A DNA stretch of 64,000 nt, from positions 128,001-192,000 of the forward strand of contig CBDVDR010000004.1 of NCBI GenBank assembly GCA_965372795.1, read 5' to 3'. Below the pieces are notes generated by a model. It did not search any database. It saw only the letters and a program-made list of their open reading frames with translations, and was not told the DNA's origin. Positions 8,924 through 19,557 of the stretch are shown here, piece after piece (positions within the stretch are counted from its first letter, which is position 1; every line of letters begins with the position of its first letter). The translations under genes were made by a program, and so were the position numbers. This DNA is from an uncultured bacterium. Its GTDB lineage: Bacteria; Zixibacteria; MSB-5A5; GN15; FEB-12.

Positions 8924-10474
8924 CTAAAGCGGTATGTTGCCATGTTTTTTAGCCGGGTTACTGTCTTTTTTAGTTTCAAGCATCTCAAAGGCACGAATCA
9001 ATCGCGCCCGGGTTGTTTTTGGTTCGATAACATCATCAACATACCCTCGTGCCGCTGCAATAAATGGATTGGCAAATTTTTCGCGGTAATCATCAGTCTT
9101 TTTCTGAAGTTCAGCTTCGGGGTCTTTGGCATTTGCAATATCTTTTTTGAAAATAATTTCAACCGCACCCTTTGGACCCATCACTGCAATTTCCGCCGTC
9201 GGCCAGGCATAGTTCATGTCACCCCGGACATGTTTACTGTTCATAACATCATAAGCGCCGCCGTAAGCCTTGCGGGTGATAACCGTAACTTTGGGAACGG
9301 TAGCTTCGCAATAGGCATATAGCAGCATCGCGCCATGTTTAATAATTCCGCCATGCTCCTGAGCAGTTCCGGGTAAAAATCCGGGTACATCCTCAAAAGT
9401 CAAAATCGGGATATTAAAAGCATCACAGAATCTGATAAACCGTCCGCCTTTAACAGATGAATCAATATCAAGCACACCTGCCTGCACAGCCGGTTGATTG
9501 GCAATGATACCAATTGACCGTCCGCCTAATCTTGCAAAACCAACCACAATATTCTGGGCAAAATCGGCATGTACTTCGAAAAACGAACCGGAATCAACTA
9601 TTGGATTTATTACGTCTCGAATATCATAAGGATGATTTGGATTTTCAGGAACTACACTGTTGAGTGATTCATCTTCACGGTCAAACGGATCGTTGGTTTC
9701 AATAAATGGCGGATCCTCAAGATTATTTTGAGAAACATATTCCATAAGTCTTTTCACTCTTGTAATTGTATCAGCTTCATTTTCACAGGCAAAATGACAA
9801 ACGCCTGATTTGGAAGCATGAACATCGGCGCCGCCAAGTGATTCGGCATCAACCGTTTCATGGGTCACAGTTTTTACTACATTGGGACCGGTCACAAACA
9901 TATAGGATGTCCCCTTTGTCATAAACACAAAATCAGTAATAGCCGGAGAGTAAACCGCTCCGCCGGCGCAAGGTCCTAAAATAACTGAGATCTGAGGAAT
10001 CACTCCCGATGCAATAGTATTACGAAGGAATATATCGGCATATCCGCCAAGCGATACAACCCCTTCCTGAATTCGCGCCCCGCCGGAATCATTCAAACCG
10101 ATCACAGGTGCTCCGACCTTCATCGCCATATCCATTATTTTACAAATTTTCTCAGCGTGGGCTTCAGACAGCGACCCTCCGAAAACTGTAAAATCCTGAG
10201 AAAAAACAAACACCATTCGCCCGTTTATTTTACCGCATCCGGTTACAACCCCGTCACCGAGAATTTTTTGCTTATCAAGACCAAAATCGCTTGAACGATG
10301 AGTGACAAACATATCAAATTCTTCAAACGAATTCTCATCCAGTAAAAGCTCCAACCGTTCGCGAGCAGTAAGTTTCCCCTTCTTATGCTGGGCTTCAATA
10401 CGTTTTTCTCCGCCGCCAAGTTTTGCCTGTTGGCGCATCTTTTCAAGCTGATTCAGTTTTTCTTCAAGTGACAT
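8924..10474 (-). CDS. pccB: Propionyl-CoA carboxylase beta (carboxyltransferase) subunit
   Basis: [46 protein letters not shown]. Confidence 0.93.
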   Translation of the reverse strand: MSLEEKLNQLEKMRQQAKLGGGEKRIEAQHKKGKLTARERLELLLDENSFEEFDMFVTHRSSDFGLDKQKILGDGVVTGCGKINGRMVFVFSQDFTVFGGSLSEAHAEKICKIMDMAMKVGAPVIGLNDSGGARIQEGVVSLGGYADIFLRNTIASGVIPQISVILGPCAGGAVYSPAITDFVFMTKGTSYMFVTGPNVVKTVTHETVDAESLGGADVHASKSGVCHFACENEADTITRVKRLMEYVSQNNLEDPPFIETNDPFDREDESLNSVVPENPNHPYDIRDVINPIVDSGSFFEVHADFAQNIVVGFARLGGRSIGIIANQPAVQAGVLDIDSSVKGGRFIRFCDAFNIPILTFEDVPGFLPGTAQEHGGIIKHGAMLLYAYCEATVPKVTVITRKAYGGAYDVMNSKHVRGDMNYAWPTAEIAVMGPKGAVEIIFKKDIANAKDPEAELQKKTDDYREKFANPFIAAARGYVDDVIEPKTTRARLIRAFEMLETKKDSNPAKKHGNIPL

Positions 10475-10496
10475 AGGTTTTATATCCTAACAAATT

Positions 10497-10562
10497 GTCA
10501 CACCGAGCGGAGTCGAAGTGTAACAAATCAATTGATCATCTTCAGGCTCCGCTCGAGATGAC
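10497..10562. repeat. REP-like imperfect inverted repeat in an intergenic region
   Basis: Left arm GTCACACCGAGCGGAGTCGAAG; reverse complement of the right arm GTCATCTCGAGCGGAGCCTGAAG. GC-rich island in AT-rich DNA. Confidence 0.7.
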
Positions 10563-10591
10563 CTTTAGTGAAATCAGTCTGTTTTACTGCC

Positions 10592-11431
10592 TCAACAAGG
10601 CAAAGCCCGAACAACTGATATTTTTTCACCATCTTTTTTAACCAATCCCAAAGGGATATTACTATCATGAGCAAACGCTATCACAGCTTGCTTTTCTATT
10701 ATCTCAGGAATTTTTTTTCTTTTGATATCCATTGAATCAAGTGGAAACAGATCAAGAGCGGCTATATATGAAACTTTAATATGAGCCGAGCTTGGAATCA
10801 GATCAGAAAAATAATAAGCAAATTTATTTTCAGATTCAATTTCAATGGAATAATGACCGGATGTATGTCCGCCGGTATGTACCGCTTTTATTCCCGGGAA
10901 AAGCTCGGTATTGGCATCAATCAATTCAATTTGATGAGCATCTTTAAGTATTAGTAATCTTTCAGGAGTATAAATCGCCGAGGTTCGTTCATTCGGATTG
11001 ACAGCATCATCCCATTCGTTGCGTTCAACCATAATTTTTGCATTTTTAAACCTTGGCACCATTTTACCATCGACAAATTTGACCGCTCCGGCTGAATGAT
11101 CGGTATGCAAATGAGTCAATAAGATATAATCAATATTGTCAGGGGTTAGACCAACCGATGCCAGACCTTCATCCATCATCGTCACACCGTCGGTGTTGTA
11201 AACTTTTTTATCTTTCTCAGTTAAGGTGTCCCCAAGGCCGATATCGAAAATAATATTTTTCCCGTGGGCTTTTAATACAAAAAGGTTTGTAACCAGCGGG
11301 ATCATGTTATTGCTATCAGGTGTAATAAGTTTTTCCCACATCACCCGCGGAACCACTCCAAACATACTCCCTCCGTCGAGCTTAAATTTCTGCTCGACGA
11401 AAGAAGTTAATTCAAATTGACCTATTTTCAT
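10592..11431 (-). CDS. MBL-fold metallo-hydrolase (YtnP-like)
   Basis: LDGGSMFGVVP, THLHTDHSAG, HTGGHTSGH, SDLIP, AFAHD. Confidence 0.9.
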   Translation of the reverse strand: MKIGQFELTSFVEQKFKLDGGSMFGVVPRVMWEKLITPDSNNMIPLVTNLFVLKAHGKNIIFDIGLGDTLTEKDKKVYNTDGVTMMDEGLASVGLTPDNIDYILLTHLHTDHSAGAVKFVDGKMVPRFKNAKIMVERNEWDDAVNPNERTSAIYTPERLLILKDAHQIELIDANTELFPGIKAVHTGGHTSGHYSIEIESENKFAYYFSDLIPSSAHIKVSYIAALDLFPLDSMDIKRKKIPEIIEKQAVIAFAHDSNIPLGLVKKDGEKISVVRALPC

Positions 11432-11442
11432 AATAAGCCTTA

Positions 11443-12585
11443 TTAACGACCGATAATATTTCCAGCGATAACAAGACGCTGTACTTCTGAAGTGCCTTCG
11501 TAAATCTCAAGCACTCTTTGGTCACGATACATTTTTTCGATCATTGAGAACTCACCGATATAACCATACCCGCCCCAGATCTGCATACATTTGTCAACGC
11601 AGAAATTTGCTGTTTCGGAGGCATACAGTTTTGCCATAGCAGCTTCGATAGAATATCTCTCGCCGGCATCAGAAAGCAGGGCAGCTTTATAAGTAAGACC
11701 GCGAGCAGCTTCAACCCGGGTTGCCATATCGGCAATCATCCATTGGATAGCCTGAAGTTTCGCAATCGGGGCGCCAAAGGCAATACGTTCTTTAGCCCGT
11801 TTGACAGATTCATCCAATGCCCGCTGAGCAAGACCAAGCGCCTGAGCAGCAACACCAATACGAGCGGAATCCAAAGTCTGCATTGCATAACGGAAACCGC
11901 GACCGACATCACCAAGCAGGTTTTCTTTTGGAACTTTAACATCTTTTAAGAAAATACCGCCGGTCGTTGCCGCACGCATACCCATTTTGTTTTTAAGTGT
12001 ACGTGCCTCCCATCCCGGTTGATCAGTTTCAACGATGAAAGCGGAAAGTTTCGGTTTGTCTTTGATTTTGCAGAATAAAATGGCTAAATCAGCAACATCG
12101 CCGTGCATAATAAAAATCTTCTCACCACTGATAAGAAAATGATCATCCATCTCAACAGCTTCGGTTGAACAATTCGAAGCATCAGAACCGGCATTCGGTT
12201 CAGTCAGTACAAAAGCCGGAATCCGTCGGCCAGTAGCACAATCGGCAACATATTTTTTCTGCTGTTCTTCATTGGCAAAATAAACCAGTGGATGAGTAGC
12301 TAACTGTCCAACAGCACAAAGCAGCCCAATAGCTGCATCGTAGTAACACAGTTCTTCAACCAGAGTACAATACTCAAGGAAACTTTTACCTTTGCCTTCA
12401 AATTTGGTTGGCATGCAGTACCCGATAAATCCGGCGGCACCAACTTTTTTGTAAAGATCATGAGGGAACTTCCTTGGTTCCGGCATTTGATCTAATTCTC
12501 TCGAAATTGGAACAATTTCTCTTTCTGCAAATATTTTTACTTCGTCCCTGACCGCCTGCTGGCGCGGATCAACATTTTTATTCAT
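11443..12585 (-). CDS. Acyl-CoA dehydrogenase (short/branched-chain type)
   Basis: LTEPNAGSD, GEKIFI, KMGMR, RIGVAAQALG, IWGGYGY, IYEGTSEVQR. Confidence 0.93.
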   Translation of the reverse strand: MNKNVDPRQQAVRDEVKIFAEREIVPISRELDQMPEPRKFPHDLYKKVGAAGFIGYCMPTKFEGKGKSFLEYCTLVEELCYYDAAIGLLCAVGQLATHPLVYFANEEQQKKYVADCATGRRIPAFVLTEPNAGSDASNCSTEAVEMDDHFLISGEKIFIMHGDVADLAILFCKIKDKPKLSAFIVETDQPGWEARTLKNKMGMRAATTGGIFLKDVKVPKENLLGDVGRGFRYAMQTLDSARIGVAAQALGLAQRALDESVKRAKERIAFGAPIAKLQAIQWMIADMATRVEAARGLTYKAALLSDAGERYSIEAAMAKLYASETANFCVDKCMQIWGGYGYIGEFSMIEKMYRDQRVLEIYEGTSEVQRLVIAGNIIGR

Positions 12586-12617
12586 GATTCCTCCACAACA
12601 TATTTTAAGTATTTATA

Positions 12618-13037
12618 TTACATTATTTTTTCATCATTATCTTTTTGAGCAACCGCTTTCTCAAGAAAACTGATTGTCTCAGAGGTCTTTGCTCCGGGCG
12701 TGAAAATTTCATCAACACCTAATCTTTTAAGTTCAATGATATCTTCCTGAGGAATTATCCCGCCTCCGAAAAGAATCATATCACTCGCACCTCTTTTTTT
12801 CATCTCATCTAAAATTGCAGGAAAAAGTGTCATGTGTGCTCCCGATAAAATCGAGATGCCAACCGCGTCGACGTCTTCCTGAACAGCCGCATCAACAATC
12901 ATTGATGGCGTTTGACGCAACCCGGTGTAAATAACTTCCATTCCGGCATCACGAAACGCAGCCGCGATAACTTTAATTCCCCGGTCATGACCATCAAGAC
13001 CCGGCTTGGCTAATAACACTCTAATTTTTTTTGACAT
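12618..13037 (-). CDS. Cobalamin-binding small subunit of acyl-CoA mutase
   Basis: [10 protein letters not shown] (DxHxxG), SILSGAH, GGGIIP. Confidence 0.95.
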   Translation of the reverse strand: MSKKIRVLLAKPGLDGHDRGIKVIAAAFRDAGMEVIYTGLRQTPSMIVDAAVQEDVDAVGISILSGAHMTLFPAILDEMKKRGASDMILFGGGIIPQEDIIELKRLGVDEIFTPGAKTSETISFLEKAVAQKDNDEKIM

Positions 13038-13066
13038 AGTAATACTTTATTAAAATTATATATTTT

Positions 13067-14776
13067 TTACGAAACACTCATAGCTGCCGGAGTTTCAACA
13101 TATTCACCCCAGATTTCACGAAGCACATCACACATCTCACCCACCGATACATAAGCACGACTACATTCTAAAATTGCTTCAAATGTATTACCATCGGAGG
13201 ATGCAACTTTTCTAAGATTTTCCAGAGTCTTCTGTACGGCTGAAGCATCACGTTCCGCTTTTATCTTTTTACAAAATGAGACTTGTTCTTTTTCAACTTT
13301 ATAGTCGATTTTCAGAACCGGTATATCAATCTGTTCATTTTCAATAACAAAGTCATTTACGCCGACAACTTTTCTTTCGTTCTTCTCAATTTCCTGCTGA
13401 TAATTATATGCCGAACGGGCAAGCTCGCGTTGGAAATAACCATCTTCGATTCCCTGAAGCACTCCGCCCCGTCGTTCTATTTCTGCAAAGTAGTTTTCTG
13501 CTTCCTCTTCAAGCTTATCTGTCAGCCATTCGACAAACCAGGAACCACCAAGAGGATCAATAGTATTTGAGACACCGGATTCATAGGCAATAATCTGCTG
13601 GGTACGAAGAGCAATTGTTACCGCTTTTTCACTCGGCAGAGCCAGAGTTTCATCCATGGAGTTGGTATGAAGCGACTGGGTACCGCCTAAGACGCCTGAC
13701 ATTGCCTGTAATGCTACCCGGGCAATATTAATTTCCGGTTGCTGGGCAGTCAGGGAACAACCTGCTGTCTGGGTGTGAAAACGAAGTTTCCAACTGCGTT
13801 CATCTTTGGCACCATATTTATTTTTCATGTGACGCGCCCAGATTCTCCGAGCCGCACGATATTTGGCAATCTCTTCAAAGAAATCAGAATGAGCATTAAA
13901 AAAGAATGAAAGCCTCGGTGCAAATTCATCAATATTCTGACCGTCTGCTAAAGCTGATTCAACATAACAGAATCCATCGGCAAGAGTAAAAGCCAACTCC
14001 TGTGCCGCAGTTGCTCCCGCTTCTCTGATATGATAACCAGAGATTGAAATTGTATTCCATTGCGGAACTTTACGAGTACAATAATCCATCATATCAGTTA
14101 TTAATCTGATAGATGGTTTGGGTGGGAAGATAAATTCTTTCTGAGCGATAAATTCTTTTAAAATATCATTCTGAAGTGTTCCACGAATACGTTCAAACGG
14201 CACGCCCTGTTTTTCAGCAACACAAAGATACATTGCCAGAAGCATTGATGCTGGAGAATTTATTGTCATCGATGTTGACACATTTTCAAGATCAATACCA
14301 CCAAATATAATTTCCATATCAGCCAAAGTATCAACCGCAACTCCGCATTTTCCAACTTCACCCAAAGAACGTTCATGATCGCTGTCATATCCCATTAAAG
14401 TTGGAAGATCAAAGGCAGTCGATAGTCCGGTACCGCCTTCTTTTAAGATCATTTTAAACCGTTCGTTGGTCTGTTTGGGAGTCCCCATCCCGGCAAATTG
14501 TCGCATTGTCCATAAACGACTGCGATACATAGTGTGGTGCACCCCGCGGGTATAAGGGAATTCACCCGGATTGGCAATATTATCTTCAAAATATGAATCA
14601 TCGGTTATATTATTAATCATATCAGGAGTATACAACTCATCAATATCTTCACCTGAAACAGTAAAAAACCGAGGCATAGATTTTTTATCGCGGAATTTTG
14701 CCGCCTGTTTATCCCATTCATTAAGCCCTGATTTTAATTTATCAAGAAACTTCTTGCTGTACATATCATTCTCCAT
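13067..14776 (-). CDS. Acyl-CoA mutase large subunit, isobutyryl-CoA mutase (IcmA)-type
   Basis: Same fold motifs as 5281-6858, but WTMRQFAG (Phe) and ILKEFIAQKE (Gln) at the specificity positions. Confidence 0.85.
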   Translation of the reverse strand: MENDMYSKKFLDKLKSGLNEWDKQAAKFRDKKSMPRFFTVSGEDIDELYTPDMINNITDDSYFEDNIANPGEFPYTRGVHHTMYRSRLWTMRQFAGMGTPKQTNERFKMILKEGGTGLSTAFDLPTLMGYDSDHERSLGEVGKCGVAVDTLADMEIIFGGIDLENVSTSMTINSPASMLLAMYLCVAEKQGVPFERIRGTLQNDILKEFIAQKEFIFPPKPSIRLITDMMDYCTRKVPQWNTISISGYHIREAGATAAQELAFTLADGFCYVESALADGQNIDEFAPRLSFFFNAHSDFFEEIAKYRAARRIWARHMKNKYGAKDERSWKLRFHTQTAGCSLTAQQPEINIARVALQAMSGVLGGTQSLHTNSMDETLALPSEKAVTIALRTQQIIAYESGVSNTIDPLGGSWFVEWLTDKLEEEAENYFAEIERRGGVLQGIEDGYFQRELARSAYNYQQEIEKNERKVVGVNDFVIENEQIDIPVLKIDYKVEKEQVSFCKKIKAERDASAVQKTLENLRKVASSDGNTFEAILECSRAYVSVGEMCDVLREIWGEYVETPAAMSVS

Positions 14777-14920
14777 TTAAATAGTCTCGCAAGATAACCA
14801 ATGATATTACGAAAATCAACAACCCAAACCTGTTTTTTTTTCAGATTTTATAAGATAAAGTTATGCAGGGCAATAAGATATTTTCTAATAATTGAGTTGT
14901 GGGAGGAATATGAAAAAGGA

Positions 14921-15865
14921 TTAGTTCTTTTTAAATTTTTGGTATAGTTTTTCGCTCACAACAAAAGGACTGATTTGCCGCTTCACAATGTCATCGAGAA
15001 GCTCATCAAATGAAAAGCCACTATTGAGAGTTTCGATAAACTCGCGTTGAAAGCGATTTTTGAGGATGTTCAATATCTTCCGCTTAATTTGTAATTTGCG
15101 ATGAGTAATAAAACTACCATTCTCAACTGAAAAATCAATATGCTCCAAAATGGCATCATACAAAACATCTATATTTTCATTTTTAATAGCAACTGTGGGA
15201 ATAACCGGAGGTTCCCAGCCGGCAGTATCTCTTTTTTGGAGATGAAGCGAATAAGTCAGTTCATCAACAATATTATCAGAGCCGGGTCGATCAGATTTAT
15301 TGACAACCATTACATCAGCAATTTCCATCAGACCGGCTTTCATTGTCTGTACCGAATCACCCGACTCCGGTACAACAGCAACAACCACAGTATCACAGGT
15401 ATCAATAATATCAAGCTCAACCTGCCCCACTCCAACAGTTTCAATTATTACGATGTCAAAACCGAAGGCATCCAATACTACCGCAATATTATCTGTTGAT
15501 GATGCTAATCCCCCAGAGGCGCCTCTGGTTGCCATTGAACGAAAATAAACTGATCCTTCTTTTGGTGTTTCCTGCATTCTGACCCGATCACCCAACAACG
15601 CCCCACCAGAGAATGGTGAGGTGGGGTCAATTGCTATGACCCCAACCCTTTTATCAGTTTTCAGAAATATATTTATCAGTCGATTAACAAGAGTTGATTT
15701 ACCCGCTCCCGGAGGTCCGGTTATGCCTATACGAAGAGCATTGCCGGATTGCAGATAGAGATTGTTCAACAAATCACGATAACCATCTTTCCTGTTTTCC
15801 ACGAAAGAGATTATTTTTGAAAGAGAACGAATATCTCCCTTGTAAAACTGATCAAGAACTGTCAT
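14921..15865 (-). CDS. meaB: Mutase-associated GTPase MeaB/ArgK
   Basis: GITGPPGAGKST, DPTSPFSGGALLGDRVRM, IETVGVGQ, NKSD. Confidence 0.95.
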   Translation of the reverse strand: MTVLDQFYKGDIRSLSKIISFVENRKDGYRDLLNNLYLQSGNALRIGITGPPGAGKSTLVNRLINIFLKTDKRVGVIAIDPTSPFSGGALLGDRVRMQETPKEGSVYFRSMATRGASGGLASSTDNIAVVLDAFGFDIVIIETVGVGQVELDIIDTCDTVVVAVVPESGDSVQTMKAGLMEIADVMVVNKSDRPGSDNIVDELTYSLHLQKRDTAGWEPPVIPTVAIKNENIDVLYDAILEHIDFSVENGSFITHRKLQIKRKILNILKNRFQREFIETLNSGFSFDELLDDIVKRQISPFVVSEKLYQKFKKN

Positions 15866-15867
15866 AC

Positions 15868-17616
15868 CTATCTATAATCTGAAGAAAGAGTACTGACTGT
15901 CGATTTAATATCTTTCAATCGTACCTGAATCTTCGTGATATTATTATAAGTGTTATATTCAACTACATAAACAATATCTACCAGTGAACCTTCAGATGAG
16001 ATATGTTTTACCATATCGCCGAACCCATATCCGATAACATCAAAAGTAGCCGTACCTTTTCTGATTTTCATCCGTAAATGATTTTTTCCGACAGTATAAG
16101 GTCTGCCGATAACTTCACAATTACGGGTTAAAAATACGGGACGGGTATTCTGAGGTCCAAATGGCGCAAAATCATCAATAGACTGAACCAAATCATCATT
16201 GATCGCTGAAAGTTCAATTTCAAGATCAATATTCATCTTCGGAGCCACATCTTCAACAGTTAGTCCGGATGCGGAGACTTCAATAAATCTTTTGCGAAAC
16301 TCTTCCACATTCTCCTGCTTGATTGAAAGTCCGGCAGCATATTTGTGACCACCATACTTGATCAAAAGATCCTCGCACTTTTTTAATGCTTCACAAAGAT
16401 GAAATCCGGGGATCGACCTGGCTGAACCTTTTCCTACTCCGTTATTGATAGAAATCATAACAGTTGGAAGATGATATTTTTCAACCAGTCGCGATGCAAC
16501 AATCCCGATTACACCTTGATGCCAGCCTTCACCGGCAAGCACGATGGCGCGATCATTATCAAGATCAGTAACTTCTTCCATTTGAGCCAAAGCATCTTTT
16601 AAAGTTTCCTGATCAATCTCTTTGCGACGTTTGTTTTCAGTATCAAGTTTTCGAGCAATTTCTGAGGCAATTTGCTCATCTTTGGTAGCCAAAAGTTTTA
16701 TCGCTTCACCGGCATCGCCTAATCTTCCCAAGGCATTTATCCGGGGAGCGAGTATAAAAACCACTTGACCGGTACTGATATCTTTACCCATCAGTCCGGA
16801 AACAAAAGTTAATGATTTTAAACCGGGTTTAGTTGTTCTTGAAATCTGACGAAGTCCAAATTTCGTAATAACTCTGTTTTCACCAACCAATGGAACAATA
16901 TCAGCAGCTGTACCCATAGCTACCAGATCCAGATGTTCATCAAGTTCCGATTCATCCTGATGCATAGAGCGATATAATGCCTGAGCAAATTTGTAGGCAA
17001 CGCCCACGCCGGATAATTCCTCGCCATAATCACAGGTTGCTTGTTTGGGATTGATCACAGCTTTAGCTTTTGGAATTGTTTCACCCTGTTCATGGTGATC
17101 AGTAATAATTACATCAATTCCTACCGAAGTTGCATACTCAATCTCTTCAACGGCTGTGATTCCGGTATCGACTGTAATGATTAACGAACAGCCAATTTTC
17201 TTGGCGTCATCAATCGCTTGATTCGATAAGCCATACCCTTCAACCAGTCGATTTGGCAGAAAAAAGTCTACCTGGGCACCGAGTTTATTCAGAACAATGT
17301 ACAAAAGCGATGTTGCTGTTATACCATCAACATCATAATCTCCATAAATAACAATTTTCTCATTATTTACAAAGGCTTGTCCGACACGTTCTACACCGGC
17401 CGCCATTCCTTTTAACTCAAGAGGATCTTTAAGATCCGCCAGACTTGGTTTCAGGAATTGGTCAATTTGTTCAGCAGTATCAATGTTTCGATTGATCAGA
17501 ACTTTGACTATTTGCGGTTTTAAACCGGTATCGTTAGACAGTTGAACTACTAACTCGTGCTCAGGTACAGGAGCCAACACCCATTTTAATGGGGTCGACT
17601 TTTGACCCGCTATCAT
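15868..17616 (-). CDS. recJ: Single-stranded-DNA-specific exonuclease RecJ (start corrected to 17616)
   Basis: GDYDVDG, PNRLVEGYG, TDHH, APRINALGRL, GSARS, GGHKYAAG. GGAGGAG RBS precedes the ATG at 17616; the longer ORF start runs into rnpB. Confidence 0.95.
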   Translation of the reverse strand: MIAGQKSTPLKWVLAPVPEHELVVQLSNDTGLKPQIVKVLINRNIDTAEQIDQFLKPSLADLKDPLELKGMAAGVERVGQAFVNNEKIVIYGDYDVDGITATSLLYIVLNKLGAQVDFFLPNRLVEGYGLSNQAIDDAKKIGCSLIITVDTGITAVEEIEYATSVGIDVIITDHHEQGETIPKAKAVINPKQATCDYGEELSGVGVAYKFAQALYRSMHQDESELDEHLDLVAMGTAADIVPLVGENRVITKFGLRQISRTTKPGLKSLTFVSGLMGKDISTGQVVFILAPRINALGRLGDAGEAIKLLATKDEQIASEIARKLDTENKRRKEIDQETLKDALAQMEEVTDLDNDRAIVLAGEGWHQGVIGIVASRLVEKYHLPTVMISINNGVGKGSARSIPGFHLCEALKKCEDLLIKYGGHKYAAGLSIKQENVEEFRKRFIEVSASGLTVEDVAPKMNIDLEIELSAINDDLVQSIDDFAPFGPQNTRPVFLTRNCEVIGRPYTVGKNHLRMKIRKGTATFDVIGYGFGDMVKHISSEGSLVDIVYVVEYNTYNNITKIQVRLKDIKSTVSTLSSDYR

Positions 17617-17643
17617 TTTCTCCTCCAATTCTGAAGGACTGTA

Positions 17644-18002
17644 TAAGTAGGAAATAAGCCGAGTTCTGTAACTTCTTGCGAAGCCAACAGTCATTTATCT
17701 GGATATCCGGTTACCCGAATATTCATGCAGCCTACCCGAGAATCAAACAGAGCGAATCAACTCCTCTTCTCCTATTTGGCCTTGCTCCGAACGGGGTTTA
17801 CCCTCATACGACATTACTGCCGAATGCCGTGGTCTCTTACACCACGATTTCACCCTTACCTCATTGCTGAGGCGGTATAGTTTCTGTGGCACTATCCATC
17901 GGATCACTCCGCCCCGGTGTTACCGGGCGTCCTGATTCTGTGGAGCTCGGACTTTCCTCACCTTAAATAAAAAATTTAAAGCGCGACTGTTCCTCCTACT
18001 TA
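17644..18002 (-). ncRNA. rnpB: RNase P RNA (bacterial type A)
   Basis: Minus strand GAGGAAAGTCCGAGCTCC, GTGCCACAGAAA, GGTAAGGGTGAAA, GGTAAACCCC..GGAGCAAGGCC and ACAGAACTCGGCTTAT. The ends pair (AAGTAGGA/TCCTACTT) as P1. Confidence 0.97.
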
Positions 18003-18053
18003 AGCAGCCATTCTTTTATATATTAACACTACAAATTCTTTCATGTTCAACCG

Positions 18054-19520
18054 TCAAAAATTACGACGGTAATTTGGAGCTTCTTTAGTAATCGGTACCG
18101 AATGAGGATGAGATTCAACCGCGCCGGCTGAAGTAATTCTGGTAAATTTCGAATTCTTACTAAACTCCCCTAAATTAGTTGCCCCGCAAATTCCCATACC
18201 GGCACGAAGCCCGCCAACTAATTGATAAACTGAATCTGACAAAACACCTTTAAAAGGCACCCGTCCTTCGATTCCTTCAGGAACAAATTTTGAACTTTCT
18301 TCTTCATGATCCTGGAAATACCTGTCTTTGCTTCCCTGCTTCATGGCTCCAACCGAGCCCATTCCACGATATACTTTAAATGTCCGTCCTTCATACAAGA
18401 CTGTTTCGCCGGGTGATTCTTCAACTCCGGCAAAAAGAGAGCCAATCATTATCGCCTGGGCTCCACAAGCTAATCCTTTGGCAATATCCCCGGAGTACCT
18501 GATCCCGCCGTCACCAATGACCGGAATATTTTGGCTTTTAGCAGCCTCCACCGCATTCATAATTGCCGTAACCTGAGGAACTCCTGCTCCGGTTACAACT
18601 CTTGTAGTACAGATTGAACCGGGACCTATTCCGACTTTGATTGAATCGGCTCCGGCATCTATCAGAGCTTTGGCTCCTTCGGTGGTTGCAATATTACCAG
18701 CCATCACCGGAGTATCCGGAAATTTTTTCTTTATTCTGGAGACAGCATTCAATACACCCTGACTATGTCCGTGTGAACTATCAACAACCAGTAAATCAAC
18801 ACCGGCAGTAATTAACCCTTGCGCTCTTGCTTCCAAATCAGATCCAACTCCAACGGCAGCACCAACTCTTAATCTTCCCCGGTCATCTTTACAGGCTTCA
18901 GGATATTGAATTTTTTTCATAATATCCTTAACCGTGATCATCCCCTTAAGATTGAAACCTTCATCAACAATAAGTAATTTTTCAATTCTGTGTTTATGTA
19001 ATATCTCCTGAGCCGTTTCTAAATTAGTTCCTTCTTTTACAGTCACCAGATTTTCAGAAGTCATTACCTCAGAAATTTTCATGGTTGTATCTTTTATAAA
19101 CCTTAAATCACGATTAGTAAGGATTCCTACTAATTTCCCCCCCTGAGTAACAGGTATTCCGGAAATAGAAAACTTTGACATTACTTCAAGGGCTTGACTT
19201 ATAGTTCTGTCAGGCGGAAGAGTAATCGGGTCAACAATCATTCCTGATTCTGATCTTTTTACTTTATCAATCTCATTTGACTGAGCAGAGATACTCATAT
19301 TCTTATGGATGACTCCAAGGCCGCCTTGTCGAGCCAAAGCAATTGCAAGTCTTGATTCAGTCACCGTATCCATTGCTGATGAGATTAATGGTATATTAAG
19401 TATTAACCCCTTCGCAATAGTAGTACTTACATCAACATCCTTGGGAAGCACCTTTGAATGTGCCGGAACTAAAAGGACATCATCAAATGTAAGGGCTATT
19501 TTTTCGAGTATCTCGACCAT
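18054..19520 (-). CDS. guaB: IMP dehydrogenase with CBS pair
   Basis: [44 protein letters not shown]. Confidence 0.97.
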   Translation of the reverse strand: MVEILEKIALTFDDVLLVPAHSKVLPKDVDVSTTIAKGLILNIPLISSAMDTVTESRLAIALARQGGLGVIHKNMSISAQSNEIDKVKRSESGMIVDPITLPPDRTISQALEVMSKFSISGIPVTQGGKLVGILTNRDLRFIKDTTMKISEVMTSENLVTVKEGTNLETAQEILHKHRIEKLLIVDEGFNLKGMITVKDIMKKIQYPEACKDDRGRLRVGAAVGVGSDLEARAQGLITAGVDLLVVDSSHGHSQGVLNAVSRIKKKFPDTPVMAGNIATTEGAKALIDAGADSIKVGIGPGSICTTRVVTGAGVPQVTAIMNAVEAAKSQNIPVIGDGGIRYSGDIAKGLACGAQAIMIGSLFAGVEESPGETVLYEGRTFKVYRGMGSVGAMKQGSKDRYFQDHEEESSKFVPEGIEGRVPFKGVLSDSVYQLVGGLRAGMGICGATNLGEFSKNSKFTRITSAGAVESHPHSVPITKEAPNYRRNF

Positions 19521-19557
19521 TGTAAAAATATTCCTTCGATTATTATATTAAAGCTTT

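Noticed and set aside
17617..17870. N-terminal extension of RecJ to 17694 and ORF 17676-17870
   Set aside because: Both overlap the RNase P RNA; a strong RBS supports the recJ start at 17616.
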